Positions 1 through 9,468 of a stretch of 64,000 bases of DNA are shown here, in pieces. The notes beneath the pieces were generated by a model. That model had not been told where the DNA came from and searched no databases. It was given only the letters and a program-made list of their open reading frames with translations. This DNA is from an uncultured virus (IMG/VR IMGVR_UViG_3300029305_011999) (lineage: Duplodnaviria > Heunggongvirae > Uroviricota > Caudoviricetes): the IMG/VR virus record IMGVR_UViG_3300029305_011999; one strand, 5' to 3'. The translations under genes and the position numbers were made by a program. Position 1 is the first letter of the stretch. The number at the start of each line of letters is the position of its first letter.

Positions 1-76
1 TTACAAGGGTTCTCGGCACTTTTTCTTTTTGCCGGAACGTCTTTTATGGTCTATAACCGCACTCAAAAATACACAC

Positions 77-188
77 CCGTGGGTTAATATCGACTCAAAA
101 ATCTTGAATTTGCATTCCGTGGGTTTCACTTTTACTCCGTGGGTTTCAAATTCTGTTCCGTGGGTTTCATTTTGATTTGAGGGTTTCA
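77..188. repeat. Phased direct repeats (CC)GTGGGTTTCA, ~20-bp period, just downstream of the recombinase genes
   Basis: CCGTGGGTT at 77; CCGTGGGTTTCA at 117, 137 and 158; GAGGGTTTCA at 179. Confidence 0.85.
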
Positions 189-201
189 TTTTCACTATCA
201 T

Positions 202-234
202 AAAAAATAGCCACCCGTATTCAAACGAGTGGCT
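202..234 (-). terminator. Intrinsic terminator after the recombinase operon
   Basis: AGCCAC.CGT/ACG.GTGGCT stem followed by a T-run on the minus strand, ~15 bp after the stop codon. Confidence 0.7.
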
Positions 235-248
235 GTGCTGCGAGACGC

Positions 249-1832
249 TTATATTTTGATTTCTGCCCCGTTCCTGAAAATGAAGCGGATATCTTCTTTG
301 CTGTAAACTTCGATGCGTTCTACCAGGGTGTACCAAAGTCTCTCGTCAAACGCTGTAACCACCCCGTCCATTTTCTTTACTTCTTTAATGAAGTGGTCAG
401 ATTGCAAACGGCGGGCTTCTTTGTCTCCCTTAAGCCTACTGACTTCTGCTATTCTGCTCTTTGCTTTTTCAAACCTTGCTACATAGGCTTCATATTTTTT
501 TCGGTACTCTTCTTGGTTTTGTGCCGTTCTGGAATTCTCATCTACAATCTTCTGTGTAAGTTCTGAAACAACGGTCAGTTCCTCATTCAGTGCTTCAAGC
601 TCTTTTTCCAAAGGAGTTGTGTCAAAAATCAAATCCCTCATTTCCTCATAATTGCGAATAATTTCAGCCTTGTTTTCAATAAGGCGATTTACCGCTGTTA
701 CGAACATTGCTTTGATTTGCTCTTCGTTAAAGGTTGGGGTTGTACATTTCTTTTCTCCACGGAATTTGTGATTACATTGATATACAACTTTTCTGTACTT
801 ATCGGTTGAGTGCCAAACCTTGGCACCGAAGGCAGCACCACAGTCTCCGCAAAAAATTCTACTTGCAAACAATCCAATGCCACTATGCCTTGAAGGTGAT
901 GCTTTTCTCTTTTTAATTTCCGCTTGCACCATTTCAAAAACATCTGCTGAGATAATTGCCGGGTGGCTATTCTCAACGTAATACTGCGGAACTTCGCCTT
1001 CGTTGACCTTTGTCTTCTTTGTAAGAAAGTCTACAGTGAAACATTTTTGCAGGAGTGCATCACCTTTGTATTTTTCGTTGGTGAGGATGCTTTGCACTGT
1101 GCCGGACTGCCACTTTTGCTTTCCTCCCGGCGAAAGAATGCCGTGGTCTTCCAAGTAGTGTGCTATTGCCGTGAAGGTTTTTCCTTCAAGGAAAAGTCTA
1201 TATATTAAGCGAACCGTCTCCGCTTGTTCTTCATTAATAACGGGCGGATCACCTTTTTTGGGGGCTTTCTCGTAGCCGAGGAACTGTTTGTATGGCATAC
1301 TTACTCGACCATCTGCAAAGCGTTTTCTCTGTCCCCATGTTACGTTTTCGGAAATGCTACGGCTTTCTTCCTGGGCGAGCGAAGACATTATAGTTATCAA
1401 AAGTTCACCCTTGCTGTCCAAGGTGTGGATGTTTTCTTTTTCAAAGTAAACTTCTATGCCTTGCTCCTTTAGCTGCCTGACAATCGTGAGGGTGTCCACG
1501 GTATTTCTTGCAAATCTGCTGACGCTCTTTGTAACAATAAGGTCAATTTTACCCTCAAGAGCATCCTTTATCATTCGATTGAAGCCGTCACGGTTCTTGG
1601 TGGATGTTGCTGAAATTCCTTCGTCGGCATACACCTCAACGAACTCCCAATCAGGGTTGCTCTGTATATAATTGGTGTAATAATCAAGCTGGGCCTCGTA
1701 ACTCGATTGCTGTTCTTCCATTTCCGTTGAAACACGTGCATAACCCGCAACTCGTTTTTTCTTTGTTGAGGCAAATGGTGTAGATGTAAATTTGTGGACG
1801 CTTGCCGGGATAATCTTAATTGATTTAGCCAT
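249..1832 (-). CDS. Large serine recombinase (resolvase + recombinase + Zn-ribbon/coiled coil)
   Basis: YARVST catalytic motif, TKSVSRFARN, SLAQEESRSISEN, CGDCG...YQC zinc ribbon. Confidence 0.95.
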   Translation of the reverse strand: MAKSIKIIPASVHKFTSTPFASTKKKRVAGYARVSTEMEEQQSSYEAQLDYYTNYIQSNPDWEFVEVYADEGISATSTKNRDGFNRMIKDALEGKIDLIVTKSVSRFARNTVDTLTIVRQLKEQGIEVYFEKENIHTLDSKGELLITIMSSLAQEESRSISENVTWGQRKRFADGRVSMPYKQFLGYEKAPKKGDPPVINEEQAETVRLIYRLFLEGKTFTAIAHYLEDHGILSPGGKQKWQSGTVQSILTNEKYKGDALLQKCFTVDFLTKKTKVNEGEVPQYYVENSHPAIISADVFEMVQAEIKKRKASPSRHSGIGLFASRIFCGDCGAAFGAKVWHSTDKYRKVVYQCNHKFRGEKKCTTPTFNEEQIKAMFVTAVNRLIENKAEIIRNYEEMRDLIFDTTPLEKELEALNEELTVVSELTQKIVDENSRTAQNQEEYRKKYEAYVARFEKAKSRIAEVSRLKGDKEARRLQSDHFIKEVKKMDGVVTAFDERLWYTLVERIEVYSKEDIRFIFRNGAEIKI

Positions 1833-3105
1833 TGTTCTTCCTCCTCTCTAAAGTTTTCTGCCGAGCCTGTTCCTTCATTTCCTCTGTCCAAGAGGCTGAT
1901 CTTGAACGATCTTGCCAAATGTGCGTAACCACTGTGCCATTCTTAAAATGAAAATGTAGTGCGTTATTGTCATCAGCTATGATTTTTTCTAAAGAACAAA
2001 TTTCAATCGAGTTTTCCTGGATTATGGCATCCAGGGTTGCTTCGGGGATTTGTTTTGAAGCACAGTGGCTTTTTCCATACGTATTAAAAGTGGCACAAAT
2101 CCAAACCGCCTGCGTTCTTGTGGTCTTCCTTCTATAATGCTTTCCGCACTTGGCGCAAGTGATAAGTCCCGTGTAAGGGTATATTATTTGAGGATGCGAT
2201 TTGCATCTGTTTTCCTCGGCTCTCCGTGCCATCTCCCTTTGAACAGCCTCGAAGGTTTCCAAAGGAATGATGGCATCGTGGGATTCCTCAACCAGGTATT
2301 GCGGTAACTGTCCTTCATTTACACGGGTTTTCTTTGTGATATGATTCTCACGAAAGGTCTTCTGCAAAAGCAAGTTCCCGGTGTAATTATAATTATGAAG
2401 GATTTTGTTGAGGGTGTTAGGATGCCAACGTGAGCCTGTCCGTGTTGGTATGCCATCCTCTTCAAGATTCTTTGCGATTGTAAGGCAACCGCTACCCTCA
2501 AGGTATTCTCTGTAAATTCGCCGCACAATTTCGGCTTCATCAGGCACGATTTCAAATTTACCGTCCACCAAACGATATCCGAGCATCTGTGGGCTCCAAG
2601 GTTTTCCTTCCTCAAAGTTTTTCTTGATTCGCCATTTTTGGTTTTCGCTACTCGACAGGCTTTCTTCTTGTGCAAAAGAAGCGAGGATAGTAAGCATCAA
2701 CTCACCATCCCCGCTCATAGAATGAATGTTTTCTCTCTCGAAATACACATCCACGTTGTAATTTTTGAGTTCTCGAACCACCTCAAGAAGTGTAACCGTG
2801 TTACGCGCCAGTCTCGATATGGACTTGGTCAGCACCAAATCTACTTCTCCGTTACGGCAGGCAGCAAGCAACTTTTGAAAGTTCTCTCTGTTTTCTTTGG
2901 TGCCGGTCATTGCTTCATCAGCGAAAACTCCAACAAACTCCCAATCGGGATTTTTTTGTATCAAATCGTTGTAGTAGCTGACTTGAGCAGATAATGACAT
3001 CAGCATTGCATCCTTGCCGGATGAAACTCTCGCATAAGCTGCAACTCGTGTTTTCTTCTTTACAAGCGGTTTGCTTGGTGAGATTACATTGATTGATTTT
3101 TTCAT
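1825..3105 (-). CDS. Second large serine recombinase
   Basis: YARVSS, TKSISRLARN, SFAQEES, CAKCG...WIC; 8-bp overlap with the downstream recombinase. Confidence 0.95.
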   Translation of the reverse strand: MKKSINVISPSKPLVKKKTRVAAYARVSSGKDAMLMSLSAQVSYYNDLIQKNPDWEFVGVFADEAMTGTKENRENFQKLLAACRNGEVDLVLTKSISRLARNTVTLLEVVRELKNYNVDVYFERENIHSMSGDGELMLTILASFAQEESLSSSENQKWRIKKNFEEGKPWSPQMLGYRLVDGKFEIVPDEAEIVRRIYREYLEGSGCLTIAKNLEEDGIPTRTGSRWHPNTLNKILHNYNYTGNLLLQKTFRENHITKKTRVNEGQLPQYLVEESHDAIIPLETFEAVQREMARRAEENRCKSHPQIIYPYTGLITCAKCGKHYRRKTTRTQAVWICATFNTYGKSHCASKQIPEATLDAIIQENSIEICSLEKIIADDNNALHFHFKNGTVVTHIWQDRSRSASWTEEMKEQARQKTLERRKNNG

Positions 3106-3347
3106 AAAGCACCTCCTATATTACTCGAAGATACATCTTCGGTGTGGTACATATTACCGTCATTTGTATCATTTATCAAGGGTTTTTGCGGATATAAAGT
3201 ACCCAATATTGGAGAAAACTTTGAGCGTTGTTTTGTCTCTATTATGGCGAATTCTTCTGCGGTAATGATACCCTTATCGTAGAGGTTTTTGAATATTGAC
3301 ATTATCACTTCAAAGGTCAGTTCATCCTTGAATTGTTTTTCTGTCAT
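3102..3347 (-). CDS. Small SHOCT-like protein of the recombinase module
   Basis: LYDKGIITAEEF motif; 4-bp overlaps with both neighbours. Confidence 0.7.
   Translation of the reverse strand: MTEKQFKDELTFEVIMSIFKNLYDKGIITAEEFAIIETKQRSKFSPILGTLYPQKPLINDTNDGNMYHTEDVSSSNIGGAL
3151..3179 (-). promoter_or_regulatory. Sigma-A type promoter for the recombinases
   Basis: TTGATA-17 bp-TAATAT on the minus strand, with TGACGG directly before the -10. Confidence 0.6.
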
Positions 3348-3766
3348 TGCTCATCACCGACCTTGCCGTAACGATGCTTTATATAGCATTGATGAGAACA
3401 ATATTTTCTTTCAACCTTGCCATAGGTTATAAAAAGGTTATTGCAATGCTTACAGATATTTTCTTTTCGACTCTTGCTGTTTACCGGGACTCGATTTTGG
3501 TGAAACCATTCTCGACAGCATTTATCAGAACAAAATTTCCTTGGCTTTGTTGATGATTTAGAAACAATGGGCAGTCCGCAGTTCTTACACTTATTTGCAT
3601 TTGGTAAAACAAGAGAACGCTTTTCTTGTTTTTGACCTGCTAACCCATTACGATTGCAGAAGGTTTTTATTGTATTTTTTGGTATGGATAGCACCTGGGC
3701 AATAGCGGCATACCCATAACCTTCTTCGCGCATAGCGATGATTTGAGCTTTTTGTTCTTTGGTCAT
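3344..3766 (-). CDS. HTH + Cys-rich zinc-binding protein (putative regulator or recombination accessory factor)
   Basis: GYGYAAIAQVLSIPKNTIKTF HTH; CKNC, FCSDKC, CKHC, YCSHQC; GGAGG RBS before the ATG at 3766. Confidence 0.75.
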   Translation of the reverse strand: MTKEQKAQIIAMREEGYGYAAIAQVLSIPKNTIKTFCNRNGLAGQKQEKRSLVLPNANKCKNCGLPIVSKSSTKPRKFCSDKCCREWFHQNRVPVNSKSRKENICKHCNNLFITYGKVERKYCSHQCYIKHRYGKVGDEQ

Positions 3767-3782
3767 AATTAGCCCTCCTTCA

Positions 3783-3827
3783 CTATACGCAGAAAAAAGC
3801 ACCGTTTTGGCGAGTGTTTTTCAAAAA
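3783..3827 (-). promoter_or_regulatory. Phage-specific promoter-like element, copy 1 (copy 2 at 38197-38242)
   Basis: CTATACGCAGAAAAA-N5-CGTTTTGGCGAGTGTTTTT is identical at both loci. Confidence 0.7.
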
Positions 3828-3845
3828 TTATCTTAAAAACAAGCA

Positions 3846-3887
3846 AAAAAATAATGCCCACCGAACCTTGAAAGGAACGATGGGCAT
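3846..3887 (-). terminator. Terminator after the endolysin
   Basis: ATGCCCA.CG...CG.TGGGCAT stem with a T-run on the minus strand. Confidence 0.65.
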
Positions 3888-3891
3888 AAGT

Positions 3892-4875
3892 TTAGTTAGG
3901 GATTTTCAGTTTCATACCGCTGTAAATGACGTTGGAGGTAAGGTTGTTGAGTTTCTTGATTTCCGGGTAGCGGTTACCCTTGCCGAGATATTTTGCGGAA
4001 ATATCCCAAAGGGTGTCGCCCTTCACAACAGTATGGATGCGGTAAGTTTCCTTGGGAGCAGAACCGACAAGAGCAAGGTCTTTGATGTTCACCGGGGACA
4101 TAATGGCATTTTTGCCGTCCTCGCTTTCGTTGATAACAACACGGTCGCCCTTCAAAGAATGGACATACCAATTCTTGTTTTTAACCCAACCGGGGATGGT
4201 CTTGCCCGTGTAGTACTTGGTGCCCGTAATCTTCACGAGGTCACCCTTGTCAATGGAAGTGTCGGCGGGTTTCTCCGCAGGTTTTTCGGTCGGCTTTTCG
4301 GCGGGCTTGGCTGCGGTGAGCAGAGCCTTTACATCGGCACGGAAGGAATCCATCGACTTTCCATGCTTGGGAAACCAGTTCTTCGGGTCACCGTGGTTTG
4401 ATGCCACACCTCTCTTGTAGCCCTCGTAGTGACCAATGACAACACCATCCTTCATGGGGTCGAGGTTGTATTCCTTGCAGAGATAAGCAACAAACTCAAC
4501 TGCCTCCTTGTAAACGGCATTAAAATACGAGGCATCGGTCAAGCCGTCCTCGCAAATTTCAAAGCCAATATGGGTGTTATTCGCAGAGCCTCCTGCGTGC
4601 CAGCCACGATGATTCCAAGGCAAACATTGGTACGTGGCAATAGAGCCGTCCTTCAGCTTGCCGATGAAGGCGTGGACACAGACCTCTCTGTCCATCGGCT
4701 GATTCCAATGGTTGTTGTATTGGTTCTTGCCGAGCTTACCATCATCGGGGCCGACATAGCGTTTCAGCCACGGGTTATTTGCACCCGTGGAGTGAACCAT
4801 AACGCCTTTTACAGTAATTTTGCGACCTGCCTTGTAACAGGCGTTCTCGGTCATAATAAGTTTCTGCAGATTCAT
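3892..4875 (-). CDS. Endolysin: N-acetylmuramoyl-L-alanine amidase (Amidase_2) with C-terminal LysM
   Basis: VMVHSTG, WHAGG, IGFEICE, HGDP; PAEK linker; HTVVKGDTLWDIS LysM; GGAGG RBS before the ATG at 4875. Confidence 0.92.
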   Translation of the reverse strand: MNLQKLIMTENACYKAGRKITVKGVMVHSTGANNPWLKRYVGPDDGKLGKNQYNNHWNQPMDREVCVHAFIGKLKDGSIATYQCLPWNHRGWHAGGSANNTHIGFEICEDGLTDASYFNAVYKEAVEFVAYLCKEYNLDPMKDGVVIGHYEGYKRGVASNHGDPKNWFPKHGKSMDSFRADVKALLTAAKPAEKPTEKPAEKPADTSIDKGDLVKITGTKYYTGKTIPGWVKNKNWYVHSLKGDRVVINESEDGKNAIMSPVNIKDLALVGSAPKETYRIHTVVKGDTLWDISAKYLGKGNRYPEIKKLNNLTSNVIYSGMKLKIPN

Positions 4876-4876
4876 A

Positions 4877-5170
4877 TCACTTGTCCTCCTTTGTAGTTTT
4901 GGTGAGCTGTTTTGCCACCTGGTTGGTGCCGGTCGCAGACAGACCACTTGCTGCACCTACAATAATGGCAACGAGCAGATTTTCCGTACCCATAGTGCCG
5001 GGAACGAAGTAGAAAGCCACCACACCGCAGATGCCGCCCAGAACACAGGCAATCAGCGGAATGAAACGCTTGAACTTCTCATCACCGCCCATAGCGGTTT
5101 TGGCAATGTCGATAATGGTGTACACGATAGCCACCAAAGCAGGAATAACAGTAAAATCAGTCATAATCAT
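4877..5170 (-). CDS. Holin-like membrane protein
   Basis: Three hydrophobic segments, GAASGLSATGTNQ; directly upstream of the endolysin. Confidence 0.8.
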   Translation of the reverse strand: MIMTDFTVIPALVAIVYTIIDIAKTAMGGDEKFKRFIPLIACVLGGICGVVAFYFVPGTMGTENLLVAIIVGAASGLSATGTNQVAKQLTKTTKEDK

Positions 5171-5182
5171 TTCCTCCGTTTC

Positions 5183-5437
5183 TTATTTGTGAGCTTGTTT
5201 GTTGATATGCTTTTCGAGTTGGTTAATGGCATCTGTAACGGGACCGTTGCAGCCTTGTTCCTTCAAACCCATCAAGCAGGCAAGAATGCCGTGGACAAGC
5301 ACGGTCTGCTCTTCCTTGATGGCTTTGATATCACGGTCTTGCTTTTCCTGTTTCAAAAACCACTTGTGGGCGGCAAATACCGCACCGAGAATGACGCCGA
5401 GAGCCGTTATTACTCCGGCAATTGCAGTGATGTCCAT
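5183..5437 (-). CDS. Small membrane protein of the lysis cassette (holin/antiholin-like)
   Basis: N-terminal TM segment, charged C-terminus, AAGGAG RBS. Confidence 0.65.
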   Translation of the reverse strand: MDITAIAGVITALGVILGAVFAAHKWFLKQEKQDRDIKAIKEEQTVLVHGILACLMGLKEQGCNGPVTDAINQLEKHINKQAHK

Positions 5438-5456
5438 AGCCGTTTTCTCCTTTCTT

Positions 5457-5825
5457 TTATTCAAGCCATGTCGGTTTTTCCGGCACGACAAGTGTATCGG
5501 TAACATTCAGCCAAGCCTTGTACCACTTTCGCAGTTCCAAGAGCTGTGCGATGCTGACACCCTCATACCAAAGTTGCCCTCGGTTGATAACTGAAAAGCA
5601 CTCCACCTCTCTGCGGTTTCGGAGATTTTCCTTTTCCGCTTCGGTTTGGAGTGCTTTTTCTTGTTTTTCATCAAAAACGGCATCGCCATCTTTTACTTGG
5701 TATGCCGTAAAATGCTCTTGAAAGTGACCTATATCTTTTGGATCGGGTAGTTCAATACTGTCTACCAAGTCACCAATTAAGGCATAGCTGATAATATAGC
5801 CGTTTTCATTCAGTAAAACTTTCAT
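5457..5825 (-). CDS. Tail-fibre-associated small protein (assembly chaperone-like)
   Basis: Follows the fibre gene; ELRKWYKAWLNVT...PEKPTWL terminus is typical of fibre chaperones. Confidence 0.6.
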   Translation of the reverse strand: MKVLLNENGYIISYALIGDLVDSIELPDPKDIGHFQEHFTAYQVKDGDAVFDEKQEKALQTEAEKENLRNRREVECFSVINRGQLWYEGVSIAQLLELRKWYKAWLNVTDTLVVPEKPTWLE

Positions 5826-5836
5826 CCGTTTCCTCC

Positions 5837-8353
5837 TTAATTGACGCCGTAGACATTTTGAATGATACCCGAACCACTACCGATTGTAAGGGTAACGGTA
5901 GTGCCGGAATATTTGAGCTTGAAGGTTCGGTAGTTGACTTCATCGGCTATCTGCCAGTTCACATCGGAAGTCGTTATCAGTGCCTTGGGAACAATGATAG
6001 ACATCTTGGATGCACCCGAACTTGGCACTCCGGCAATGATATATGCCTTATAGTTGCCGTAATTAAAGGTGGTGCTACCGCTACTTAAAGAACCACTGTA
6101 TAGCGAAGTACAAGTGATACCGAGATTGGTTCGTGCGGCTGCTGCCGTAGTTCCACCTGTACCACCTTTGGAGAGCGGAATCGTTGCACCGCCGGAATGG
6201 TAGACAGTATAGCGAGTGCCGGGGTGCGTGTTTGTTTCCACATTGGGCGCATAATACAAGGTGCCTGCATAGGAGTAAAGCCTGTCCCAAGTGGTAGAGC
6301 TTCGGTAAAAATTAATTCCTTCACCTTGGGAATCAACTGCATCAAGCAGATACAAGCCGTTAATACCAATGATGTCGGAGTTTTGCATATTGATGCCGTA
6401 AACACCATCAATCCAGTATTGGCTTCCTGTGACATTGATGACCTTCGGAGCAATTGTCTGTCCGCTTATAAGGTTCGTACAAGCCGCCGCAGCCGTGGTA
6501 GCACCCGTGCCACCCTTTGCAATAGTAACCGCAGAGGATAATTTCGAGGGCGCGAGTGAGCCGTTGAGGGTTGTTGCCGTAACAGTACCAGCCGTAACTG
6601 TGCCGGATACCTTCGCATTACCAACCACGTGGAGTTCTGCTTCCGGGGCAGGCGTGTTGATACCTACTTTCTTCTTTCGCAGAGCAACAAGCGGTGTGCC
6701 TTGCGGAACTGTGAAATAAAGGTTTACTGCGGACAGCGTGTTTAGCTGGTCACGTATATAAACGTGGAAGTCATAGGACGAGTTAGCGTCAAGGCTACAC
6801 AGTTCCAAATTAGAAAACGAGAACGATGTTCCGCTTGTTGATACCGAAGATAGGATGCTCGTATAAGAGCCATAGCTTGATGCACTTGTCAGCTTGTAAC
6901 GATACTGCACATATTTAAGGCTGTTTTTCTGCGTTCCACTTACAGTAATGGGTGAAATTGTGCCGTTAAAAATGAGCTGCATTTCTGCCTCAATATCGTT
7001 GGTTCGGCGCAGAGTTATGGAGGATACCTTCGGCTTGTCATAGGCAATAACCGTGATATTCTTCTTTTTACTTACTGTATAGCCACGGGAGTCGGTAGCC
7101 GTAACCACAACCTCCAAATTGCCGGACTTTGAAACTGCTGAAAGGTTAATCACCGCACCCGTTGTATTGGAGAGCGTGACACCATTGCAAGTTGCAGAAT
7201 AAGAAGCAATGGTAGCATTGTTTTTTGCCGTTGCAGTTCCGGGGGTAACATATAAATGCGAGTATCCTTGGATGAATACTTGGTCGTTGCCCGTTACCGT
7301 TGCAGTTGTAGAACGCCCATCATAGTAGGTGAAGTCCGTCATTGTCGGCCCCGAATTTGCCTCGGTAGTTTGAACAGTTGCAGTTTTTGTAGCCGTTGTA
7401 CCAATCTGCGTTGAACCGCTGTATGTCAGCAAGGCAAAAGTACCCGTGAAGGATTTTACCGATGCCATAGCCGTGAGGAGCGTTGTCCTCTGTGCAGCGG
7501 TCAGCGTAATGGTTCGTGCAGCCGTACCCTTTGCCCAGGACAGACCCGTTATTTCAAGGTAAACTGTCGAGCCGTTTTTGATTTGCAGTTTATGGGTGTA
7601 GGATGCATCGTACACGGTGGTGTTAATGCTGATGCTTACTGTGGCGGCATCCGCTGTTAAGGCAGAAACGCTGCCAATAGTCGAGCCACCGAGAGTTTTT
7701 GCCGATACGGCACTCGATGCACCATATACCTGGTTGGATTTCTTCCTTGCACGAACCTTAATTGAATAAGTGGTGTTGGGAGATAACCCCGTCAAGGTCT
7801 TACTTGCCGATGTTCCCGCCGTAGTTGAAAACTGCGTATAGTTCGTTCCACCATCGGTGCTGTACTGCCAAATATCCGACGTGGCCGATGAGGTTGCGGA
7901 GATTTTTAATCCGCTTGCGGTAATATCGGAAACCGAGCAAGAAACAGTCGGTGCGGTTCGGTCAATGCTATCAAGGTCAACTGTGGTTGATGCGGTAATT
8001 GTACCGATAGAAGTTCCGCTGTAAGTACCACTAAAACGCCAAGATGCCGACAACGCCACACCCGTTTTTGTACCATTACTGTTGTGATTGACACGGACAG
8101 TATAGGTTTTTAGCAAGGTGGTATCGTAGCCCGCCACGCTATCGCTGATAGCGGATGCCGTATAGGTTTCCGAAACACCATTGATGGAAACAGTAGAGTC
8201 GGAACGAGAACCAACCGAAATGGTGTAATACTTCAAATACACCTTAAGGGTTACATCGGAGTAGTTTCCCGTCACGCTTTGGGTTGCAGACCAGGTGCAG
8301 TACAGACCGAAGTTGTCTACGGGATATTTATAAAAAGAACCGCTTAATGCCAT
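5837..8353 (-). CDS. Tail fibre / receptor-binding minor structural protein
   Basis: Ser/Thr-rich, Fn3-like segment (LTGLSPNTTYSIKVRA), two KGGTG.TTAAAA.TNL repeats. Confidence 0.8.
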   Translation of the reverse strand: MALSGSFYKYPVDNFGLYCTWSATQSVTGNYSDVTLKVYLKYYTISVGSRSDSTVSINGVSETYTASAISDSVAGYDTTLLKTYTVRVNHNSNGTKTGVALSASWRFSGTYSGTSIGTITASTTVDLDSIDRTAPTVSCSVSDITASGLKISATSSATSDIWQYSTDGGTNYTQFSTTAGTSASKTLTGLSPNTTYSIKVRARKKSNQVYGASSAVSAKTLGGSTIGSVSALTADAATVSISINTTVYDASYTHKLQIKNGSTVYLEITGLSWAKGTAARTITLTAAQRTTLLTAMASVKSFTGTFALLTYSGSTQIGTTATKTATVQTTEANSGPTMTDFTYYDGRSTTATVTGNDQVFIQGYSHLYVTPGTATAKNNATIASYSATCNGVTLSNTTGAVINLSAVSKSGNLEVVVTATDSRGYTVSKKKNITVIAYDKPKVSSITLRRTNDIEAEMQLIFNGTISPITVSGTQKNSLKYVQYRYKLTSASSYGSYTSILSSVSTSGTSFSFSNLELCSLDANSSYDFHVYIRDQLNTLSAVNLYFTVPQGTPLVALRKKKVGINTPAPEAELHVVGNAKVSGTVTAGTVTATTLNGSLAPSKLSSAVTIAKGGTGATTAAAACTNLISGQTIAPKVINVTGSQYWIDGVYGINMQNSDIIGINGLYLLDAVDSQGEGINFYRSSTTWDRLYSYAGTLYYAPNVETNTHPGTRYTVYHSGGATIPLSKGGTGGTTAAAARTNLGITCTSLYSGSLSSGSTTFNYGNYKAYIIAGVPSSGASKMSIIVPKALITTSDVNWQIADEVNYRTFKLKYSGTTVTLTIGSGSGIIQNVYGVN

Positions 8354-8367
8354 AAAGCTGTACCTCC

Positions 8368-9456
8368 TTAGTCAAGAATTACGATGTTCAATCCTTCCGA
8401 AGCGGTCGGCATAGGAACGAACTTGGTTTTGCCAACGGTTAATTCACCATCAACCGTGGTCTTTTTTGTTATGGTTTCATCCTTATTCAGGGTAAAAATC
8501 TTCTCCTCGTTGTAATAGCCGGAGAACTCTGTGTTGTTAATAACCGTCCTTTGTGCAGAGTCTGCGTTGGAAACCTCGATACCACGGCGGTCAATTTTAA
8601 CCTCGGTGGTATAAATCTCATTGGGGGCTGGAGTCCACTTGTGAACTGTCGTACCCTCCGCAAGAATGATGTCGGCAAGATACAAACTCGCAAGGCGGTT
8701 GTATGCGTAAATGGTAATGGTGCCGTCTTGAACGTCATCGATAACAGCCGAATATTCCGTCCAATCGAAGGTGGAGGTTGTGCTGAAAAGGTACTTTATT
8801 TTCGAGCCGTTGTATTTGATATAAAAATACGAGCTGTACCCCGATGCCGTTTTCTTGGCACGAAGTGAAATGGTGTAGGAAGTTCCCGTTACCGCACCCG
8901 TTACCACTTGCTTGAGGGTTGAAGAATCACTCAAAACAAAGCAAGAGTTAGCGGTGGTATTATTTTGAGCATCGGTGCTGCTGTCGGTTGAAACTGTGCC
9001 GGAGGTAGTCCAATCATCGGTTATGCCGTTAAGACCCGAGGAGTTATGGATATAGTTGATACCTCCTGCGAATTGCTCCTGCATCGTAAGGGACAGCCCG
9101 TCAACCGAATGCTCAAGCTCGGAAACCTTGCTTTGCATTTCAAGCACCTTGGATTGTTCGTTCCCAAGGTCATCCTCCAAGGTTTCAACGGTCTCGGTAA
9201 GAGTACCCACATAGGAGTTAAGACCATCCACGCTGTTTTGAAACTCACCGAATTTGGTGGTGTGGGTGGACACGGTTTCTCGCAGGTCGTCCAAATTGTT
9301 CTGCACGACCCAACCTTGTCCGTCCCACACCATCGTTTCGGGAGGGGTTGTAGCGGTATTAACCCACAACTGACCTTCGTAAGGGTTCTCCGGCGGCATA
9401 TCGGACGCAACGACATCGTTGATATGAATGATGGTATACTGTGCGACAGCCGTCAT
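8368..9456 (-). CDS. Minor tail protein (coiled coil + carbohydrate-binding-like domain)
   Basis: PENPYEGQLWVNT, heptad region, KWTPAPNE; position in the tail module. Confidence 0.7.
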   Translation of the reverse strand: MTAVAQYTIIHINDVVASDMPPENPYEGQLWVNTATTPPETMVWDGQGWVVQNNLDDLRETVSTHTTKFGEFQNSVDGLNSYVGTLTETVETLEDDLGNEQSKVLEMQSKVSELEHSVDGLSLTMQEQFAGGINYIHNSSGLNGITDDWTTSGTVSTDSSTDAQNNTTANSCFVLSDSSTLKQVVTGAVTGTSYTISLRAKKTASGYSSYFYIKYNGSKIKYLFSTTSTFDWTEYSAVIDDVQDGTITIYAYNRLASLYLADIILAEGTTVHKWTPAPNEIYTTEVKIDRRGIEVSNADSAQRTVINNTEFSGYYNEEKIFTLNKDETITKKTTVDGELTVGKTKFVPMPTASEGLNIVILD

Positions 9457-9468
9457 AGAAATCCCTCC

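Noticed and set aside
77..188. Possible CRISPR array
   Set aside because: Repeat unit is ~12 bp with ~8-bp gaps, far too short for repeat-spacer structure; no cas genes
1..336. 111-aa minus-strand ORF
   Set aside because: Runs through the terminator and the repeats (ETHG repeats mirror the DNA repeat), overlaps the recombinase, and has no RBS
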